This document shows positions 62,801 through 64,000 of a stretch of 64,000 nt of DNA, one piece after another (the first letter of the stretch is position 1; every line of letters starts with the position of its first letter). The notes beneath the pieces were generated by a model, which was not told the origin of the DNA, did no database searches, and was given only the letters and a program-made list of their open reading frames with translations. Position numbers and translations under genes: made by a program. The stretch is from Lachnospiraceae bacterium. GTDB lineage: Bacteria; Bacillota; Clostridia; Lachnospirales; Lachnospiraceae. Where the stretch lies: contig JAFZNO010000060.1 of NCBI GenBank assembly GCA_017552985.1, positions 6,980 to 70,979 of the forward strand, given 5' to 3'.

Positions 62801-63829
62801 GATAAAAAGAGCGTTCTGTGGGAGAAGACTTTGGCGAACGCCCACGCGGGAAATGGCATGATCTTCCTTTGCGAGAAGGATGGAAAGAATTATCTTTTAG
62901 AGGAAAACCACGCCATGTTCCAAGGAATCAAAGATGCGGAATATTCCGTATTTGCGTTAGACGAACTTGGCCAGACGCGCAAGGTTGATTCGGCAAAGGT
63001 TACGGATATTTCCCTCGCGACGCCGGAAGATGCGCTTAACGTTTCTGACATGGTCAGATACACGGAAAAACTGAATGAGTGGACCAAGAATGCGAAGCTT
63101 CTGGTGAGCGCAGACGTGGATCTAGGTACTCAGATTGGCGGAAAATATGACGTGACTGAGATTTGGCAGGACATATATGCCACCGTTGAACAGCTTTATG
63201 CCATGATCAACTACGAGGACAGCCGGTTGGGCAGCGAGATTCCTGAAATCATTCCCTTACAGGGCATGACGAACCTGAGAGAAAGCCTGAACTCCCTGAA
63301 TGAGTGCTGGAAGGCATGTGCGGAATACGTAAAGTACTGTGATAACAAAGACAAGATTCTGGTGGACCTGCAGAAAGGGCAGAACGTATACACCTGTCAC
63401 CTAACCCACGGCAGAACGCCGGACGTGATCACGGTAGATTATGAAAGCAGCATGAATGACGCGGACCGCGCCGTGACTATTGAGGCGAAGGCGCATAATG
63501 GAAAGGTTCTTTGTGAATTGTCCCTTTACGTGGACACTCCGGCGATGCAGACGCTTTACCTTACCTTGTTTGAGGATCTGGTTTACGTGGTGCAGTGCAC
63601 TTCGTACAAAGAGCCCGCAGAGAACATGAGCTTCGAGAGCTTTAAGGTATTTTATTTCGACGCCAACGGGAACGAGCAGGTGGTCTGCGAAAGAATCGCG
63701 GATTCCTCTTCTAAGAGTTTCGGGAAGGACAAGCTAGAATATGTTAATGCGCTGGAACCTTATATGAAGAAAGCTAGTCACCTGGTCAGCGTTAAGGATG
63801 GCAATGTGATAATAAAACAGAAACCGTAA
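59819..63829 (+). CDS. BlaR1/MecR1-type M56 peptidase signal transducer with a ~200-aa low-complexity insert and a ~860-aa extracytoplasmic domain
   Basis: HEGVHLKRRDP zinc motif. 4-nt overlap with the repressor gene. Late TM MTIVMACLVVLLAGC. FG-GAP/VCBS-like DYDQDGQKEF and DLNQDGVPDW. Confidence 0.8.
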   Translation: MTQFFQNYFVMALEASIVILFVLLLRPIFKKFSNRLASLLWVVVLFRLLCPYAVEVPAPAFLGQFMAQNLLTSAEDVESVTGDVLLNGAEDVSQGAQMAKVQGDALQGVDPLKADGQGLPGAVGQGSQDASKSGNQISEFLQKAGALGGETLEDPDGSDDPLATNLEGKGELSLNASDGEVDQELGIEDAQGVTEVASQTVDNAEDHAKQGTENPSAQAWVKQDGANAEMETGKTGTQHGNVFASWWTAVREWFQSVQGKSFVTVLGVIWCFGTILLFAFGITRYAKLTKQLGEAIPAGEWKKYPVKISDVSGVPMSFGVLRPGIYVPVKFEEKAEGNAEMILCHEGVHLKRRDPLWKIISLMALCLHWWNPLVWISIYLFNKDMEMACDEGVLSQIGQEKKSDYAKAILHFAANKSGVSLAATFGESNAESRIREALKFKKRPLGMTIVMACLVVLLAGCLATKPGVDKEESSGKEETTEDTAKGQANPEPTETLPELTNDMITEITNLDQAIQADLHFRDVVKNRTAPANVPYFGFDEGRYEIFYLDQLAEDLRKWQPEKYLALQKGDPVTALETFLPLKGGSGKAWQESFSSVIVAYTFANGETAHYYMAQKGGIWYPYILVEKTLADPLLEESSRKLLLTRMDQIARQKQELAATTAEQLRGVTLQIEEVIRAGNYGEPISEDCQEIYICWNPEKYGEYGVIEELPKEDACLYGFYDGNAMMLRVGDQAYPIHGYWMNVHSELPKIYCGDYDQDGQKEFALITLGKTGTGVYGNQLRILEITENGLETYEPKSQRMFGQLEEMVRYQYDEKNLMLSVMTTDGKEAYASLEGITALASGEDQLLWYGYGESEVFSVVDDYLFYDVAGEVMLANREAPEYGGIDLECRLDYRPNGSFIVSDVELKEAWTEPVQKVDLSEAFAGESIISREKADLNQDGVPDWVVTSVTYQEENRNVSWKDRLTQGEICFIRVYDGATQEQSWKNKDVAQDAFDKKSVLWEKTLANAHAGNGMIFLCEKDGKNYLLEENHAMFQGIKDAEYSVFALDELGQTRKVDSAKVTDISLATPEDALNVSDMVRYTEKLNEWTKNAKLLVSADVDLGTQIGGKYDVTEIWQDIYATVEQLYAMINYEDSRLGSEIPEIIPLQGMTNLRESLNSLNECWKACAEYVKYCDNKDKILVDLQKGQNVYTCHLTHGRTPDVITVDYESSMNDADRAVTIEAKAHNGKVLCELSLYVDTPAMQTLYLTLFEDLVYVVQCTSYKEPAENMSFESFKVFYFDANGNEQVVCERIADSSSKSFGKDKLEYVNALEPYMKKASHLVSVKDGNVIIKQKP

Positions 63830-63840
63830 ATAAGTTTGAG

Positions 63841-63877
63841 AATCAGCAGGATGCGAAAGGCCCCTGCTGATTTTTTG
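63841..63877 (+). terminator. rho-independent terminator
   Basis: AATCAGCAGG...CCTGCTGATT followed by TTTTT. Confidence 0.8.
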
Positions 63878-64000
63878 TGCCGGAATTTATCAGTCGTTTT
63901 CAAAAAATTCAAAAGATTTTCTAAGTTGCTGTAATTTTTCCTCAAAAAACGCTACTATAGGATTGTAACGGAGGTGAGGAAGTGGAAGATCAGCTGATTG

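Noticed and set aside
63982-64000. Possible GTG start after GGAGGTGAGG at the window end.
   Set aside because: Only 19 nt are visible, too little to call a gene.
1-64000. Scan for tRNA, rRNA, CRISPR repeats, known riboswitch or T-box leaders and IS elements.
   Set aside because: - No cloverleaf-like or rRNA-like stretches were seen, and no regularly spaced direct repeats.
- Most intergenic spacers are under 120 nt.
- The long spacers (3886-4351, 41144-41488) did not match any riboswitch consensus that I can recall.

Overview
This 64-kb segment looks like chromosome from a Clostridia/Lachnospiraceae-type Firmicute: roughly 50% G+C by eye, GGAGG-type ribosome-binding sites, and many ATGA stop/start overlaps. 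I call 66 CDS, one of them a speculative small ORF. 63 are on the + strand, and nt 22-49572 is one unbroken co-directional block. I saw no rRNA, tRNA, CRISPR array, transposase, integrase or phage structural genes. The content is an accessory 'small-enzyme' landscape:
- 11 GNAT acetyltransferase domains, 8 stand-alone and 3 in unusual fusions (DHFR-GNAT, CE15 esterase-GNAT, GNAT-PHP).
- 3 HAD hydrolases, 3 MBL-fold hydrolases and 2 NUDIX hydrolases.
- A heterodimeric ABC exporter.
- A lantibiotic-immunity-type ABC transporter with its own two-component system.
- A BlaI/BlaR1-type pair whose sensor is 1336 aa.
- A GGDEF cyclase behind two tandem RlaP-type nucleotidyltransferases.
- A translationally coupled pair of RyR-domain membrane proteins, one a TVGYG K+ channel, followed by a nucleoside hydrolase.

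The best candidates for something undescribed are:
1. The RyR-domain channel pair with the hydrolase (51.4-56.0 kb).
2. The MBL / NTase / NTase / GGDEF block (33.4-37.2 kb).
3. A family of short conserved-loop hairpins at gene junctions, plus a separate 28-nt inverted repeat pair.
4. A roughly 125-nt nested palindrome in the leader of the two-component/ABC operon.
5. An HGS...Y domain, possibly ADP-ribosyltransferase-like, present twice next to NUDIX and phosphodiesterase genes.

All functional calls rest on motifs read by eye. No database search was run, and none of the candidate systems is proven.
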